64,000 bases of DNA from Paraspadella gotoi (GCA_051294375.1 CM119267.1:9722339-9786338); one strand, 5' to 3'; shown: positions 25,088 through 39,218, counted from the stretch's first letter. Made by a program: numbers and translations. Notes: generated by a model not told the origin, from the letters alone.

Positions 25088-28000
25088 GACAGACAGACAG
25101 ACAGACGCAGAGACAGACAGAGAAAGAAACAGAGAGAGAGAGCTCCAAATCGCAAATCCCATTCATTGCCTGCAAGATTGGCTGGCGTCAAACGTGGTCG
25201 CCCTTCTTAAACGGAAAAATGCCAGGCCGTCGCTAAAATTCATTTTCCTTTGCGAAAAATCCTCAAAGAGAAAGAGAAAAATAAAATGAGTTAAGAAGAA
25301 AGAAAAAAAAATAGAAAGAAAATCGAAAAGAAAGAAACAGAAATAGAAGGAAATTAATTCGAGTGAAAAGATGAAAAAGAAATAAAAATGGGAGGAGGGG
25401 AAAAAGGGGAAAAGAATAGACCCAAAAAAAAGTAATAAATAAATCGAAAAAAAGAAGCAAAGAATCAAATGTGATGAAAGAAGAAAGAAGAAAAAAAAAA
25501 GCGCTTGCCGAGGCAAAAAGTCGATGGCGCCTCTCTCTCTTCTTTCATTTCTTTTCTTCTTTTTTTCTTTTCTTTACTTCTTCCCCTTTTCTTCTCTTCA
25601 CTTTTTCCTCCACTTCCCAAACGGGGAATTTTCTTTCGATATTTGGTTCGAATAAGAAAATAGGATTCCGTCGAACTCGTTTTCTCGATGGAAATGGGAC
25701 TCGGGACTCGGGTGTTTTTTTGTTTTTCGTATGGTGATCGAGGCCAAAGATTTGAGACTGAGAGAAATCTGGAGTCAAATGTTTTGAGCGGAAAACACTT
25801 TTTACGTCTCGTCATCGGGTTTTCTTTTCTTTTTTTCATTTTTATCGTTGGAATTTTTTTTTGAATCGATCAACAAAGGACTGACGCTTTAAGTTTGGTG
25901 CACTACGAGGTGACCCACAAAGATCTGGAAAAAAAAAATCGCCATTTTTGAAACCGGTATAATTTTTTTCAATCCCAAATATTTTTTAGTAAACACCAAA
26001 ATGTTTAAATGGCGAGTTTTTATGGCTGCGTATTTCATAGAGTCACGTTGAACTTCTGAGTTCCTACACTCTGCATCCTTCATCTCCAACTTAACCACTA
26101 ACCAGTCGGAAATTTTTTTTTTTCTTTTCAACTCTTGCGTATAGTTTTCGATGATAATCATTCGCCAGAAAGAANNNNNNNNNNNNNNNNNNNNNNNNNN
26201 NNNNNNNNNNNNNNNNNNNNNNNNNNNNNNNNCATACATCAGCACAACAGGGATTGTAAACGAGACTTTTATGTCGGTTCTGTCCGAAGGGGCGGGTGAT
26301 GAATTCCCTCTTCGGTCCAACGCCGATTATCGAAAGAGAGAACTTGTTTTCTTTCTCTTTCCTTTTATAAAATTGGTTTAACTAATGTAAGAATTATACG
26401 TTCATTTAATAAATAAGCTATTTTATGACATTTAGTAAGTTTTTCTTTAAAAAAAAATCTTAAAAGCATAAGGATCAAGCCATGATAAAGAAGGAGATAA
26501 GAATAAAAGACCAGATTGAAACTTGTGAACGATGTCAACTGAATCCACAATTTTGAGAACATGGATTAAGTAATTTAATATTGTTTAATTTAATTGAAAT
26601 GCTTTGGATAGAGACAAACTATGCCAGGCCACATTCTGATATCGCGATATTTATGGTAAAGTTATTAAAGAGAATCAGGATATTTTTGTAATGAACTGAA
26701 TTATTATCAACTATGTGAGGCATGTACCAAAGTTATACGCGTAGACGATGAGATATCGCATTATGTCGTTTATAAAATTATTAGCTAATGAAGTTACAAA
26801 TTATGCCATATCCGAGGCACGCGCTTCCACACAACACGCTCGGAACGCCTGGTTTTCTAAAAAAAAACTGTTTAAAAAAAATTAAAATAAACATGATTTG
26901 CTGAAAATATGAAAATATAATATCTAAAATATAGAGTAAGAAGTTTGACATTAGAAATTCAACAACGATTTATTTTCAGATAGTGGACATGGGTTTGCGA
27001 TGGTTCGATGTTTCGATGCCTGCGATTATGCGAAGACATTGATAGATTGAAGTCAAAAAATTAGCTAAATCAGCTACCTCTTGAGAGAATAAATCGTTTT
27101 TTATCTCTAATCTAAACACAACGAAATAAAGATTTCCAAAAAAATATAAAATAGTATAATATATAGATTAAGCCAATTGCTAATAATATGAAATCAGTAT
27201 GTGTATATGAGTGTATTACAGAGGCTCTAAGTGTGTATATATATATAATATATTGGAAGAACCCTGTAAACTTGAGCTCCTTTTGGTTTCTATTTGTACG
27301 CGCTCAGAGTAATATGAAAAACTGTTATGAAAATTATGGGAATTATTGCTAATTCTTTGTAGACTCTTAACAACATATAAAGTGTAATTTGTTTAGGGTA
27401 CATGTATACAAGACTCACGTGTTTATGTCTTTAACAAAACTTCATCTGTGTTGATCGTGTTGGTCTATGAATTAATAAAGTAATAATAAATTCCTGCATG
27501 GAATAATATTCAGCTTGAGCTGATGTGCCCATTTTATTAGAGATTCAAAAAATTAACATTTCGTTGGTTTTTAAGTTTATTATTAGTTAAGGGTCAAAGA
27601 TAGGGGAATTTGGTTAAAGTTTCAGTTAGCGATTCATGGTTTTGTGATTAGTGTTCTAATAAAACATAAGTTAGGGGATTTCGGTCGGATTAGGCTTAAG
27701 GGATTATATAGCTATATAAGATTAAATATTAGGTTAGGGTTAAGGGAAAACCTTTGAGAAAGAGTCGTTCTGCGGACATAGTGCCTCAATTTCACACCCG
27801 ATCCAAAAAGTCGGGCTGGATCGTTGTGTCCCACTTCGCTCTCAGCAAGGCGCGTCCAAAAATCGGCTCTGGCGAGTTGACGTTCCGGCTGCACAAGCAG
27901 TTTGCAGGCGAAACGGAGCAGCCCGTGCGCTGCGAGTAGGAGTTTCAGAGGAGTGATAAAAAATGAAGGAGTTATTTTCGTACTACAGGAGTAGAATAAA

Positions 28001-28103
28001 AGGAATGACCGCACATATTACAAAAATATTAAAACGATATTAAAATCGGCAATTGTTGAACAATGAAAAATTAAAAGTTCAGTTCATGAATTATTGATAA
28101 TAG

Positions 28104-28270
28104 GGTGGACCTAAAATCCACCCACCGTTACTGCTGCAGTTATTGGTGCAGGAGGCTAGTCTAGGCCTTGTAACTCAAAGAAGTCGGGTTTCTCGCCCGG
28201 TGGGCCGCTTCGCTGTTAATTAGGGAGGGGGCGTTAAACAGGCCAAGTAAACAAAGCCATCCAAAGTCGG
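28104..28270 (+). mobile_element. tRNA-derived SINE-like element, diverged copy 2
   Basis: GGTGGACCTAAAATCCACC-ACCGTT...ATTGGTGCAGGAGGC...GCCCGGTGGGCCGC...GGGGCGTTAAAC aligns by eye with 17921-18055. Confidence 0.6.
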
Positions 28271-28309
28271 GGCAAGATAGTAGACTTATGTTAGTGATAT
28301 AAAATCGAA

Positions 28310-28563
28310 ATGGATAATTTTATTTAGTTGTAGGCCGATTTCATAGTGTTTACTTATATAACTTATTTTATTAAATGAATGGATAAATTTTGTATTAGTT
28401 GTACCTGATTTCATAGGTGTTACTTCATAGTAACTTGATTTATTAAATGAATGGATAGTTTTTTATAATTAGTTGTTACCGATTTCAAATTCAGTGTTTA
28501 CTTATAGTAACTTATTTATTAAATGAATGGATAGATTTTTATATTAGTTGTACCAGATTTCAT
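28310..28563 (+). repeat. ~68-bp AT-rich minisatellite, about 4 copies
   Basis: ATGGATA..TTTT.ATTAGTTGTACC.GATTTCATAGTGTTTACTTAT..TAACTTATTTATTAAATGA repeated. Confidence 0.85.
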
Positions 28564-28573
28564 AGAGAGAGAG

Positions 28574-28623
<50 letters not shown>

Positions 28624-29493
28624 GAAGAGAGGAGAGAGAGGAGAGAGAGAAGAGAGAAAGTTTCCCGCCAACGAAGGTACGCAATATAGGTTCCACCCGC
28701 TCCCGGCCCCGAAAACAAAATCCCCGGTTTTTTTTCTTTTATATCGGGCGTGATCTCGGTCGTTGATTTTTTTATACACGTAACGCGTTATTAGGTTTCA
28801 TGTTCCTCACGACATTGTTTACCTCGTTGCCCCCGCAACGGCCACGGAATCCAGGTGAAGTTAGTTATTCTTCACATTTTTCGCTCAAAAAAATCCCGAA
28901 AATCTCAGATGTAAATTTTGGATTTTGTATTGAGAAAGAAGCGCGGACAAAATGGCGATAAATAAAAAGTTTTATAGAAGGGAAAGAAATCAATAAAGAA
29001 TTTTTCAAAAAACGGTGGTAAAACAAAGTGAAATAAATTTTTTTTTGTAAAAAAAAAAAAAAGTAGAGAGAGAGAGATAGAGAAAAGAGAGAGAAGAGAG
29101 AGAAGGAGAGAGAGAGAAGAGAGAGAGAGACGGAGGGAGACGGAGGGAGAGAGAGAGAGCCTGAACTCGTTTTTTTTTTAAACGATTCAGGGAAAGGGCG
29201 CCGTCGCGCTCGACACTGGATCAAATATATATGTTTTTAGAAAGAAAAAAAATAATCAGAATTTTTCAAAAAACGAACGATCACCGCAAAGATCGCACAC
29301 AAAGAGAGAACAGAGAGAAAACTGAACTGCGTTTTTTAAACGATTCAGAAAAAGGCAGCGCCTAAAAAAAATATATATATAATTAAAAAATAAATAAAAG
29401 AAAGGCAAAAAATGTTACAATGGTTTACAAATTGGAAAACTTTTCCAATTTTTTCCAATCGCAGCTTGTAAAAGATTTTATTTTATTTGTATT

Positions 29494-29786
29494 AAAATTA
29501 AGATATAGCTTCTCATTAAAAAAATCCTTTGAGTTCCCATTTTTATTAGAAATTTAAAAAAAAAATTTTGAATTTCATCTTCAATATTATATACTGCAAT
29601 ATGTAAATTAGCTTAAGAGCATTCTATATACTAATTTGGATATTATAATCAAGTACTATAATCTCATTTGCATATTGCAGTAAATCATAATGAAGTGGAA
29701 ATTCAAAACAAAAAAATACTTAAATCCAAATGTAATAGAGAAAATATCAAAGCTATTTTAAATTTGAGAAGCCATATCTAAATTTT
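29494..29786. mobile_element. Degenerate palindromic MITE-like element
   Basis: AAAATTAAGATATAGCTTCTCA (29494) is inverted to TGAGAAGCCATATCTAAATTTT (ending 29786). Internal arms TACTGCAATATGTAAAT / ATTTGCATATTGCAGTA and TTTTGAATTTC / GAAATTCAAAA are also complementary. Confidence 0.6.
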
Positions 29787-30001
29787 TTAACTTACTATGA
29801 TTGCACACTTTTTAAAACTCTATCATAATTTATAATAATTTTTATTTTAAAAAAACGGTAAGTTCACAGCCAAACCTATAAAAGCGTAGTACTTTTTAAT
29901 AAGTAAAAAACAGCGTGACGGCCGACGACGACGAACGACGACGTCACAAAGAAGCTCACCGGAATCAATATCAACGNNNNNNNNNNNNNNNNNNNNNNNN
30001 N

Positions 30002-30111
30002 ATGATGATAGTCATTCATATGATGCGATGATATCATTCATTCATCAGTAATAAACAACAAATGCGTGTATGAGTGAAAGAGAGAGAGAGAAGAGGAGAG
30101 AGTATGAGAAG

Positions 30112-30149
<38 letters not shown>

Positions 30150-30455
30150 AGGAGAGAGGCCTGGACAGTTTTCCCTCCCGCACGAAACGCAATCAGAATT
30201 TTAGGAAAAATCTTAAGCAATAGGGATCGAGCCAGCTTTCGATGTAACCAAATATTATGGGCGATGGATAATAATATTGATGCGATGATACCAATATTGA
30301 TGCGAAGATAATAAAAAAATGATGTGATGATAATCAAATGATTGATGCGATGATAGTCATTCATTGATGTGATGATAAATCAATTCATTGTATGATGATA
30401 ATCCATTCATTGATGCGATAATAGTCATTCATTGACAGCGATGACGTCATTCATC
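30002..30455 (+). repeat. ~22-bp GATGCGATGATAGTCATTCATT-like minisatellite in two blocks
   Basis: Repeated units at 30002-30045 and 30262-30455. Neighbouring local duplications: 30040-30170 vs 30450-30575 and 28885-28965 vs 30610-30690. Confidence 0.75.
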
Positions 30456-30713
30456 GTAAATAAAACAACAAATAGCGTGTATGAATGAAAGAGAGAAGGA
30501 GAGAGAAGCGAGGAAGAGAGAGAGGAGAGAGAGAGAGAGAGAAGAGAAAGAGTGAGAGAGGCTGGTCAGTTTTTCACTCTCGTTTTATATAAGAATATCA
30601 TAAATTTTAGAAAAAAAATTACGAAAATCTCGGATGTAAATTTGGGATTTTTGTATTGAGAAAAAGCGCGGAATAATGGCGAATAAATAAAAAAGAGAGA
30701 AGAAACAGGAGAG

Positions 30714-30773
<60 letters not shown>

Positions 30774-31218
30774 AAGATTAGAGAGAAGCTGGACGCCCTG
30801 CAGAGCTGAATCGTTTTCGACGTATCTGAGTAGGGAGAACTCTTTTTCTTTCTAATATTTTTTTTACTTATAAAAAAAATTTAATGTCCTCATTTAAAAA
30901 AGTTTTAATCTTGAATGAATTTTAGATTGTTCTTTTTTTTAAGAAAGAACCAGACCGAGGTCAAATTTCATATTTGCATATTTAACTAATTTTATAAAAT
31001 ATTTATCCAACTCAAATAATTTATTATTTTAAAAAAGAATAAAAATGATTAAATATTACACTAAAAAAAATTTAACAATTTTAAATTTTAAAAATTGTTA
31101 GAATAACAAAAAAAGTAATGTACCTGAACCGGCTTCGCCGGTCATGGCTTGATAAAAAATTCCGCTTCCGGAAAACACTTTTTTAGAAATGACTTTTTGA
31201 ACAGGATACTCTCTGACT

Positions 31219-31286
<68 letters not shown>

Positions 31287-32474
31287 ATTAGGTGAAGATA
31301 AGAACAAAAAGTCAACTCGTTCTCCCGGCAAATAAACACCGAGTCATGAAAAAATTGAAAGCCAGGTTAGTTCTCGATGATCAGCCAGTTCAATACGCGA
31401 CTGCTTTATTCAAACTAAATTTTCTAAATATACTGTATTAACATTTTCTCTTCTCGAAACCGTCTCTATGGATTCTTCCTCACCTCGTATTCATAAACGA
31501 GAAAAATATGAAGATGCAAGAAGGAAACAAAACTAATCGTGAAAACGATCGTGAAAAGTTTTGCGACAGCACGACCGACGAATGTTCTTTCCCATCAGCA
31601 TTCTTTAATGCGCTCTTTGTCTGCCAGAGGCAAAGCTCTCGCTCTCTCTCTCTCTCTCTCTTCTCTCTCGTCTCTCTATCAATCGTCTCATCTCTCGTCC
31701 TCTGCGTGCTTTTCTGCTCTCTCCACCCTGCGACCCTCTTTCTCTCTCCTCTCTCTCTCTCCGTCGTCCCCTTGTCAAATAGGGATAAAGTTTTGTTTTT
31801 GACGAATTTCGTTTAATTGATATGCAAAACTGCGCGAAAATTGCGAAACGGATTCCGGCGAGTTTCTCCCGCCCGCCTTTCTGTTTTTATCGACGTCAGT
31901 AAACAAGAAAAAAAAAGGAGAAGATTGCCTTTTTGTTTTGTCACGTTCTTTGACGTAGCGTTAAGTTGCCACTTTTTTTTTTAAATTCTTAAATGCCACG
32001 GGATTCTCCCCCGCTTTCTTTTTTTATTTTGCGTTTTTAATCCCTCGGGATTGCGAGTTTTTTTCTTCGATTCCCCGCGGAGTCGAAAAGTGGGAACCTT
32101 TTTAGTTTTTTTTATTTTCTTTTTCAAACTTTTGTTTCACAATTTGTCTCACACTGATTTTTTTTTTCTTTTGTTTTATTTTTCGTTCATCGTGAAGAAC
32201 GTGACTTTTTTTTTCAGCGAGTGGTGAATTAAAGGAGCTCAGCAACTAAGTAAAACCTCTTCTGGAGGAATTTTCCTTTTAGTATATTGTCTCTTTTTTT
32301 TTCTTTGTATCTTTCTTTTTTTCTTTCTCATTTTCTTTCTTTCTTTTTCTGCAATATAAATTTAACATCCTTCAATTTTCAATTACGATCATTTTTACCC
32401 CAATATTTCTTAGATATAAGTATTTCTTTTCGATAACATCTCATTCGCGAAAGAGATCAAGCTTTCCTCCAACG

Positions 32475-32822
32475 ATGAACCATTCGACCATCCCTCTCTC
32501 CACCTCCCCATCCCTCTACCCTCACTCCTCCCCCCATTCCTCCTCCTCTTCCTCCTCCCCCTCTCTCTCCCCCTACGACGAAGCCGCGCTCAATCTCCGC
32601 TTGCTTTCCCAATACTGCGACTATTTCAGCGGCAGCCTGGCCTTCGTCTCCGTGCTGCTCAACTTCCTGGTGCTGCTGACGCTCTACGCGGACCGGAAGA
32701 GCGCCTCCGCCGTGCACGTCCACCTGGCCGTCCTCGCCGCGTCCGACTTGTCCTTCGGTGAGCTGGGCGAGAGACTTTCGCGCCTTTTCTTAATGAATAT
32801 ATCATAAAATGTTAATTATGAT

Positions 32823-32913
<91 letters not shown>

Positions 32914-34888
32914 TGACCAAAATTTGGCAATGAATTTAGCGAAAAAACATTTGAATTATATGTTTAACAACAATTTTAATGAAATTAATTAAAATTTGGC
33001 CATGAAATGAAATTGTTTTAGATTTTGAATTATTTGAAACTCTCGTGAATGAAACGCACGAAACCATTGCCCCTGCGCCTGCGTCCTTCGGATATTCAAT
33101 ATCCACGCGTTAAATATTTGAAATAAATTTTCCTTTCGCTCGAGCTTAAAAATGTCGGCTTCAAATTCAATTTAAGAGTTCGACCTTGACTCATCAGATT
33201 TAACTATTCTCGTTTCGGCGCTCGTCGAGCTTGAAATGAAAAATAAATTAGCAAATGAATCAAATAAATAAATAAAAATCAATTTTCGTCGCTCAGGCCT
33301 GTGGATAGGCGCTGGTCTGATCTGGACGCTCTGCGTCACTTTCCTGACGCCCGCCATCTCTGCCACCTCCGTCGCCATCTATGGCGTCGTCAAGAATCTT
33401 CTTCTCGGCGTCAACCGTCACCTTACCGCTTACATCGCCCTCAAGCGGGCCATCGTTATTTGCTTTTTGCAACAGGTTGAGACGAGAAAATGCCTTTCAT
33501 TTTGTTTTTATTTTTTAAATTTTTCTATCTTTTTTTCTTCCTCTTACTCTTTCTTTAAACTAGCTTTAGTCCGTCAAAAAATGCCACCCAAAATTGTATT
33601 TGTTACGTGGAAAATTTGCCGATAATCGCAACGCTGATTAAAAATTAAAGCTTTAGCATCTCGTTGAATCGAAGCCATTGAGAAAACTGAAAATCGTCAA
33701 ACGGTGTCGCCCGTTGTGATGCTCGAACCCACGACCCCGAGATAAAGAGTCCCGTGCTCTACCGACTGAGCTAACCGAGTACAGAGGTGATTTGTGTAAC
33801 CTAGATATTTTTATATAAAAGAAACGAGTTTCCCCAAGCAGTTTATAGAACCTCGGTCTCCCGTGTGACAATACTACAGTGTGACAGCGTGACAATACTA
33901 CTTTTCAAGGAACCCGTTGTCATCCGTCATCCGTAATCTTTTCATCCGCTTCCACAATTCGACCACCACTCACAATCCCAAACCACCCCCGATTCCACCC
34001 TTCCACCCTCCCAAGGCCATCAGCCTCCGCTCAACCACCCTCCGACGCCACCTAACGGAGACGCTTCTCTTCGGCGTCCTTCTTCCCCTCGCCTACAACG
34101 GCGTCGTCGTCGTCTGCTTCGTGGCGGCGTTCCGTAACCAAGGCGACGCGTCTTCGGCGTCTCCCGTCTGGGATCGCGTCGTGTCTCTCATCTATCACGT
34201 CGTCGTTTATCTCACCGTCGTCTTCATAGTCGTCGTCGCCGGCGCTTCCGTCGCCATCTTGGCCAAGTCGGGTTTCCTGTTGTTGTTTTGGGGTTTTTTT
34301 TTTGTTGTCGTTGTCGTCAATCAATCAAAAACACTATTGTCAACTAGTGTCAGCTAATGTCATAAAAATGTTATTCACCCTCAAGAATTTGCAGATTTTC
34401 CGCTGTCATCGTTTTCGTCAAGGGCGTTGTCTTCGAATTAGTTATTGGATATTCTTAACTACGATATCAAAAAAAAAAAACAATAAATTTATAAATTCCG
34501 ATATTCTCATTTCCTCCGCCGCAGGAGCCGCGGCGCCGCCTCCGTCGCCTCGATAACGACGCTGGCGCGACGGCGTCCCTCCACATCGGGTCACATGGTC
34601 ACCACCGTCGCCGTCGCTTTCGTCGTCCTCCACGTCCCTGCGCTCGTGGAGATCCTGTGGGACGCCTTGGGCGACGGAGCCCTCGACGGCGGCGTCAGCA
34701 GCGGCGGCGGCGCCGGCTGGGGCGGCCGTTTGTCCAGCCGCGGCGGCGTCGACGGCGAAGTCGAAGTCTCGACGCTGGAGAAAACGAGCAACTTTTTCGA
34801 GATGATGAACTGCAGCGTGAATTTCGTCATTTATGTCGTCGTCGGGAAAAAGTTTAGGCGAAGCTTCGTCGATATGGCGACCAAATGA
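32475..34888 (+). CDS. Divergent rhodopsin-class (class A) GPCR, FMRFamide-receptor/Srw-like (~358 aa, 4 exons)
   Basis: Exons 32475-32757, 33297-33475, 34016-34266, 34525-34888, GT-AG with phases 1, 0, 2. Seven hydrophobic segments, N-terminal NHS glycosylation site, TM1 Asn (LLNFLVL), TM2 LAASD, TM3 end ALKRAIVIC (DRY equivalent), TM6 FVVLHVP, TM7 NCSVNFVIY, helix 8 GKKFRRSF. Confidence 0.88.
33708..33780 (-). pseudogene. tRNA-Lys(CTT)-derived pseudogene in GPCR intron 2
   Basis: Minus strand reads ACTCGGTTAGCTCAGTCGGTAGAGCACGGGACTCTTTATCTCGGGGTCGTGGGTTCGAGCATCACAACGGGCG (73 nt), close to eukaryotic tRNA-Lys-CTT. It has two acceptor-stem mismatches, a G-A T-stem mismatch and T at position 37. 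Confidence 0.82.
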
Positions 34889-35396
34889 TATTCGGAGGCA
34901 GATCTGACGGACTCCGCACCCGGATGTGAGATCCGAACGGCGACGAGAATTGTGAAAAATAAAAGTTTAGCTCGAATTGAAATGAATTTATCTAATTTAC
35001 AAAACTTTTTAGTCTCACATGCCATTATTGATTATATCTCGTTTCATCAATAGGATAATTAAATTTTTAAATTAATTTCGAAAGTTATTTATCAAATGGA
35101 ACAAAAATATTTCCCCGAAAAAAGTTCTGCATAGACAGGTAGAATCGAGCTTGAAAAATATAGTTAATAGCACTTCTTATCTTGATCTCATTTCATTTTT
35201 TTTCAACTTATCTTTTGTTTATCTCATCCCAGTTAAATGAGACTCTATTTCGATAAATTTAACTTCATTTAATTGATATTTTTAATGACGTCATCGGCGT
35301 CGCTTCGTCTCGATTACGACCGACGGTAATAATTTGCGCAAGGACGAGTTGAAAACATTCAGTGAAAAATAACCATCTGGAAAAACGGATCATTTG

Positions 35397-35439
<43 letters not shown>

Positions 35440-36380
35440 ACAAAGCGAAAAAAAGGACGATTTTTTTCCTCCTTGCTTCACACACGTAACACGGACAACA
35501 ACAACGACAACACGACGAAGGAAATGACGCGGAAGGCGATGGACGGAGTGGGAGGAGGAGGGGTGGAGGTGGAAGATGACGATGTGGTGGAGGATGAGAA
35601 GTGAGAGGAGAGAGGGAGGGAGGAGGTGGAGGTGTAGGACGAGACGTCGGACCGGAGGACAAAGTGAGTGAGAAAAAGTAAAAGTGATACGGTAAGGCGG
35701 GAGGAAAAGAGGGTGAAAGTCGATATAGAGATGACGAGAGGAAGGAAAGTCGAGGGAGAGAGATGAAGAAGACGAGGGAGAAAAACGCCAGAGAGACAGA
35801 GAGGAAAGAGGGAGAAAATGGAGGGAGCGAAGTGACGGAAGAATCACGCGTTTGTTTGTTTATGCAAATGAGAATCTGAACAATGACAAAGAATTTCGTC
35901 GTTTCGACCGACGAAACTCGCAGGCAAAAAAAAAAACAATTTCGACTCACAAATTTCATCTTATCTTCACCCTTTAGGAACTGACGGCTTTTTTTTTATT
36001 TTTTAAAGTCGATAAAGATTAATAAAGCGGGAGAATCTCGACAAATAATGTTTTATCGGTGAGAAGTTATTAATCGTTAAAAGATAAAGATAACGTTTCC
36101 TCGGGAAAAACTTCCGTCTCGTCATAAAAAAAAAAGGAAGATTCGCCTTCAACGTGCGATCAAAATCCGCCTCGCCTCACTTTATCACGTTATGATAACC
36201 CTCACCCCCTTTTTCTCTATCTTCATGCGGACGCCTTTGCTCCTTTTCTCTTTGCCACCTCTCTCACACCTCCTTGCATCCCCGTCAACACCCCCTCGTG
36301 TCTTAACGTCGTAATTTCACGCCAGGTTCGTCGCGATGACGAAACCCGTCATAATCGTCTCGGGGAAAAACGATGCGATG

Positions 36381-36414
<34 letters not shown>

Positions 36415-37557
36415 TGAGGTTTCGCTCCATCAACGACGATGACGACGACGGCGACAACTACTTTGTCAAGGGCGTCGACGTCGACGAAGACGACGACGAA
36501 ATCGTTGACAAAAATGGCGCTGATGCCACTAACAAATACAAAACAAAAAACGACTAAAATATAAACAATAAAAAGTAGTAATAACAGTAATAAAGAATTA
36601 ATAATCATTGAGATTGTCTGCCCTTCGCTTCCTTAATACTAATTAGGAAATAATACACCTTCGAAATCCCGAGCTTTAATTGGTTAAAGGGGGTTCCAAA
36701 AGCAAAGCCGCCGATTGGTCTAAAATCCTCGCGGCGAAGTCAAAGGGGCGGGGCGGTCGCGGAGGAAAATGACACGGAAACAAATCTGGTGGGNNNNNNN
36801 NNNACGCCTTTGTGTTCGTCGGAAGGGGGATGAGCGAGCGATGTCTCGTTTGGGGAAAGGTATAAAAAAAAACAACGAAGATGGAGGTAAGGTCGGTCGG
36901 GTGAGGAGTCCTGAGGTGGAAGCGATGAGGCGGGGAAAGCGGTGGAGAGGGGGGAAGGGTTTCGATGGTGATCGGGTTGAGTGGAAGGTGGTTGCTATCT
37001 ATGAATTTGTCGTCTAGCAGATAAGAAAGCTGTCGAGAATGAGGAAGTCCCTCGTTGGGCGAATTCCCTTCAAATTAAATCAAGTCAAGCCTCAACTTGA
37101 GGCTCAAGGTGTTATGGAAAAGCGGTGTTCAAAATTATCATCGATCAGGAATGGAAGAGATTTGTTCATTTTGTGCAATACGATACGACGGATATATACG
37201 ATCAGAACGAGTCATATCAAGTATAAAGAATACGGATAATTAAGTGTGAGTTTGAGAATCCCCCCCCAAAAAAAAGGAGTTGGGCTAATATAGAACGCCC
37301 AGGCTATGGGTTGATCTCGTAATACTCAACCGCATACTCATACTCATACTCATACTGAGTATTACTCACGCTGCAGAGATTTGGTACTGCAGCAGTGAGT
37401 TTGCCACACCTGAATCAACCAAGATGTTTTTCGAGAAAACATCCGCGGTAATGGGATGACATCCGCAATGTCGCTTTAGAATAACAACGCGAGCGGCAGA
37501 GCTTGGATAATGGAGAGGGGGAAAAATAGTGGGGAAGAGAAAGACAGAAAAAATGAG

Positions 37558-37559
<2 letters not shown>

Positions 37560-37594
<35 letters not shown>

Positions 37595-37787
37595 CAGAGA
37601 GGGAGACAGACAGGACATGGGGAACATAAGACAAAGAGACGTAAAGAAAAAGATAAAGTGGAATTAACACGACAAGGAGAGAGAGTGACAGACAGGACTG
37701 GACAGACTAACTGACAGGACATGAGAACCGAAAACAAAGGAGATAAAGAAAAAGAGACAAAGTGAGATGACAGAGAAGAGAGTAGAG

Positions 37788-37818
<31 letters not shown>

Positions 37819-38095
37819 CAGAAGAGAGAAGGAGAGAGAAACAGACAGAACAAAACATGTGGAGAACATAAGACAAGAGAGATTAAAGAAAAATAAGAAA
37901 GTGAGATACAAAGGAGCGAGAGAGATGGACAGATTGACAGGAGACAGACAGATATTTGTAACGAAAGACAAAGAGAGATAAAGAAAAAGAAGAAAGTCAG
38001 ATACAAAAGAGAGAAACAGACAGACATATTGACTGACAGAAATGACGACCGAAAGACAAAGAGAGATAAAGAAAAAGAGACAAAGTGAGATACAA

Positions 38096-38155
<60 letters not shown>

Positions 38156-38305
38156 TGTGGAACAAAAGACAAAGAGAGATAAAGAAAAAGAAGAAAGTGA
38201 GATGCAAAGGAGAGAGAGAGACAGACAGACAGACTGACAGACTGACTGACAGACATGAGGACCGAAAGACAAAGAGAGATAAAGAAAAAGAGACAAAGTG
38301 AGATA

Positions 38306-38384
<79 letters not shown>

Positions 38385-38390
38385 CAAACA
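37560..38390 (+). repeat. Compound purine-rich satellite with ~180-bp higher-order units
   Basis: GACAAAGAGAGATAAAGAAAAAGAGACAAAGTGAGATAC + (AG)n + (ACAG)n modules recur several times. Confidence 0.85.
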
Positions 38391-38686
38391 CAAACACAGA
38401 GGAATTGAGAGAGAAAAAAGAGCGATTCAAGGTAATCACCCCCGTCATAATGTAAAGGGCCTCTCGTTTCGTCCGCCGTCAATGAAGGATATTTTTGTTC
38501 CCCCGTCAACGAATCTCGTCAATAACCTCAGCATGACGTCGGCCGGCGACGACGATAACGACGACGATGATACGGACGACGATATAGACGAGAGGAACGA
38601 CAATGGCGACGACGACGACGACCGAAGTGATAACCTCGATTGAGGCGTCAACGAAGCGACTGATATACGATGCATCTAAGAATCCC

Positions 38687-38719
<33 letters not shown>

Positions 38720-39127
38720 TAACGCAGAAACGACGGGACGTCAAAATTTTCCCGTAACGGAAAAGCGTCGTCTTCTTGAACGCGTATTCGGTTGTCTATA
38801 GCAACGCGGCTTTATTGTTCACTAAGATAACGACCATGAGATGTGACGATGAAAACGACGACGACGACGACGACAAGGTTGATATAAACATTAGCAGCAA
38901 TGCCATCCAACTTTTTATTCAGCCTCGCGATGCCATTCGCCCTTACCATTAGATGTAGATGCCATCCGACAGATGCGAAGATGCTAATGCGATTTTTGAT
39001 GAAGTCGTTCAGAGCTCAACGAAATAAAAACTTAAAGGAGGTACAGACGATTTTCTTTAAAACGACCCTCGATGGATGGATCTAGGATATATTTAGGTCG
39101 AGAAGATAAACAGAGAGAGAGAGAGAG

Positions 39128-39130
39128 AAG

Positions 39131-39218
<88 letters not shown>

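Noticed and set aside
25904-26150. TACGAGGTG... Tc1/mariner-like terminus
   Set aside because: No partner inverted repeat or transposase found; adjacent to an N-gap.
28310-28563. Regularly spaced repeats as a possible CRISPR-like array
   Set aside because: The units are contiguous tandem copies without unique spacers, in a eukaryotic context with no cas genes.
33176-33200. Minus-strand CTGATGAG...GAA hammerhead-like core
   Set aside because: No complementary stem II and no GAAA.
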